This document shows positions 42,030 through 43,848 of a stretch of 43,848 nt of DNA, one piece after another. The notes below the pieces were generated by a model, which saw only the letters and a program-made list of their open reading frames with translations, made no database searches and was not told where the DNA came from. The translations under genes were made by a program, and so were the position numbers. Each line of letters begins with the position of its first letter. The stretch's first letter is position 1. This DNA is from a virus. Its lineage: Duplodnaviria; Caudoviricetes. The DNA is taken from positions 1 through 43,848 of IMG/VR virus record IMGVR_UViG_3300010361_000018; one strand, given 5' to 3'.

Positions 42030-43799
42030 TCACCACAGCGCGCGAGCGTAATCGACCATCTTGTACCCGCTCGGATGGTACAGAACCGCGTCCGGATTTA
42101 TCCGCTCAACCTCATCGGCCATCACGCCGATAGAGCCAAGGCCAGTGCCCTTGTATCGGTAGGCGTAGAGCGGCAATCCATTCATCGCCATCCCGATCGG
42201 CTCAACGTCAGTCTTCAGACGACGGTCGGAGAAGATTGAGAATATGCTAGGCAAGACGCTAGCAGCCACATCGCCGCCACCCCCGAAGTCACCGCCAAGA
42301 CCAGCCAACAATCCCATGTCGCTGGTCCCAGCATCACCAAGCCCCGCGAGCCCGCCCGTCAGCCCAAGCCCGGAACTGGTGAATGGATTGAGACCTACTT
42401 GCCCCAGCAAGCCGCCGCTCCCGCCGCCCAAACTATTTCCGAAAAGCGTGCTGGCAAGACCACCTAGGCCCTGACCGGAAAGCAGGTTGGTCGCGTTGTT
42501 AAGATACTGACCACTGATCGCACTACCCGTCGCCGACTGACCGAGCCCCAGATAATCCTCTAGGTTGTTCAGCGTCTGCTGCGGCACCGTGTACTGCTGG
42601 TTGCCGAGATTGATGCCCTGGCCCAACGTTGACAACTGGTTGCCGATATTCTGGTTAAAGACATTGTACGGGAGTTGCGAGTACTGAGAGCCCAAATTCA
42701 GCCCAGTACTCAGACCACCCGCGCCCTGCGTCAGCGCATTGCCAGCACCACCCAACAATCCCTGCGCCGTCGTCGCCCCGACATTGCCAGCTTGGTTCCG
42801 CGCGTTCAGCGCCTGAATGATGCTCTGTAGGTTGTTACCATACTGCGCCGACGGCAGCGACTGCGCACCTGCCATCAGACCAGTCGCGCCCTGCCCAAGC
42901 CCTAACCCTGTATTGAAGAGACTGCCTGCCGCGTTGGCTCCCAAGACGTTGGCTTGCAGACCGGACCCGATGAGACCGCCCAGCGTGTTTTGCACGCCCT
43001 GAGCCCCTTGCGCAGCTGCCAACTGCCGATTTTGCAAGTTGTTCTGCCAATCAATGTTGAAGTTCGAGAGCGTCTGATCCGTGACCCCGGCCCCATACGG
43101 CGTCCCCGACAGACCAGACGCCGCGTTGACCGCATTGGCTTGGTCCAACACCTGCTGTTGCGTCCGGTTATAGAGCGCCTGCTGTGGATCAAAGCCGGTG
43201 TTAATCAACGAGGACGCCAGACCCTGCAACGGCGATCCCAACGCCGTGATCTGTTGCCCAGCTTGCGCTCCCAGACCCGGAAGTTGTGCCGCTACTCCAC
43301 CTAGCTGAACGCCACCCTGCGCCGCCTGATCGGCTGCCGTCCGGCCCAAGCCGGCAGCCCAAGACGCCCCCTGCTGCGCCTGCTGCAGATAAGGGTTGGT
43401 CTCAGACAATGAGACGATGTTGGAATAATCCGGGGCAAAGCCACCAGCCAATGCCAACTGAAGATCGGATAGCGGCAGCGCCCCGCCGGCAACTAGATTC
43501 GTGCCCCCGGAGGTAATTCCCGGTACAGCGCCTTGTGCCAACGCATCGTAATTGACCGCAGCTGACTGTGCTCCCGGTGCATAGGGATTATTGTACCCCG
43601 CCGCAACCGATGACTGGACCTGTGGATAATAGGCCTGACCCGGTGTCGTCCCCGCTATCGAGGGGTCGTAAAACAGATGGGCAATGTTCTGAAAGCCCTG
43701 GTCCGCCGTGGCCTGAGCCTGCGGAATGTAGGACTGCGCGCCTACTGGCTGACTTGAAGTACCGCCCCCGCCGCCGCCTCCGAACAACCCCCCCGGCAT
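42030..43799 (-). CDS. Pilot / DNA ejection protein with C-terminal S74-like domain
   Basis: Gly-rich N-terminus, Q/G/A-rich body, C-terminal FSDRRLKTDVEPIG...GVMADEVE...GYKMVDY; follows the GNAT across the circular junction. Confidence 0.75.
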   Translation of the reverse strand: MPGGLFGGGGGGGTSSQPVGAQSYIPQAQATADQGFQNIAHLFYDPSIAGTTPGQAYYPQVQSSVAAGYNNPYAPGAQSAAVNYDALAQGAVPGITSGGTNLVAGGALPLSDLQLALAGGFAPDYSNIVSLSETNPYLQQAQQGASWAAGLGRTAADQAAQGGVQLGGVAAQLPGLGAQAGQQITALGSPLQGLASSLINTGFDPQQALYNRTQQQVLDQANAVNAASGLSGTPYGAGVTDQTLSNFNIDWQNNLQNRQLAAAQGAQGVQNTLGGLIGSGLQANVLGANAAGSLFNTGLGLGQGATGLMAGAQSLPSAQYGNNLQSIIQALNARNQAGNVGATTAQGLLGGAGNALTQGAGGLSTGLNLGSQYSQLPYNVFNQNIGNQLSTLGQGINLGNQQYTVPQQTLNNLEDYLGLGQSATGSAISGQYLNNATNLLSGQGLGGLASTLFGNSLGGGSGGLLGQVGLNPFTSSGLGLTGGLAGLGDAGTSDMGLLAGLGGDFGGGGDVAASVLPSIFSIFSDRRLKTDVEPIGMAMNGLPLYAYRYKGTGLGSIGVMADEVERINPDAVLYHPSGYKMVDYARALW

Positions 43800-43848
43800 C
43801 TACATTGCCCTCATCCAGCCCTGACCGTCGCTCTTGAAGCCCAAACGA
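43726..43848. repeat. Terminal direct repeat (identical to 1..123)
   Basis: Exact duplicate of the window start. Confidence 0.97.

Noticed and set aside
43621-43629. Second TGTGGATAA DnaA box
   Set aside because: It lies inside the pilot-protein CDS (YYPQ codons) with no other origin features.

Overview
The window is a complete circularised genome of about 43.7 kb from a podovirus-like tailed phage. A 123-bp terminal overlap (1..123 = 43726..43848) closes the circle. A GcrA-like HTH gene suggests an alphaproteobacterial host. A long minus-strand late operon runs from about 23.9 kb down to 1 and continues from 43.8 kb to 36.56 kb. It carries holin-like and small membrane genes, a C5 DNA methyltransferase, terminase large subunit, portal, scaffold, an N4-gp56-type major capsid protein, adaptor and nozzle, eight fibre-region proteins with signal peptides, an endolysin, a GNAT, ejection proteins and a PurD-like ATP-grasp protein. 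The early/middle region (24.2-36.4 kb) encodes an HGGxSTG protein, HNH proteins, a GT2 glycosyltransferase, RusA, a Cro-like protein, a YqaJ/ERF recombination pair, DUF1367 and DUF968. No integrase, polymerase, primase or intact helicase was recognised. The standout feature is a solitary Cas7-like RAMP gene (35749..36393). It is flanked by strictly 5-nt-periodic G(G)Y-NN arrays (35535-35624, 36367-36501, 36504-36563) instead of a CRISPR array, and a fourth orphan array (523-627) lies antisense inside the GNAT gene. Read as NN-skip-NN, the variable dinucleotides of the orphan array reproduce codon positions 1-2 of the GNAT gene's own YPxFxPDWxxALWQ segment (10/14 exact). This points to a non-contiguous, wobble-skipping RNA-guide code aimed at homologous genes of competing phages. 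It resembles what I recall being reported as VIPR systems.
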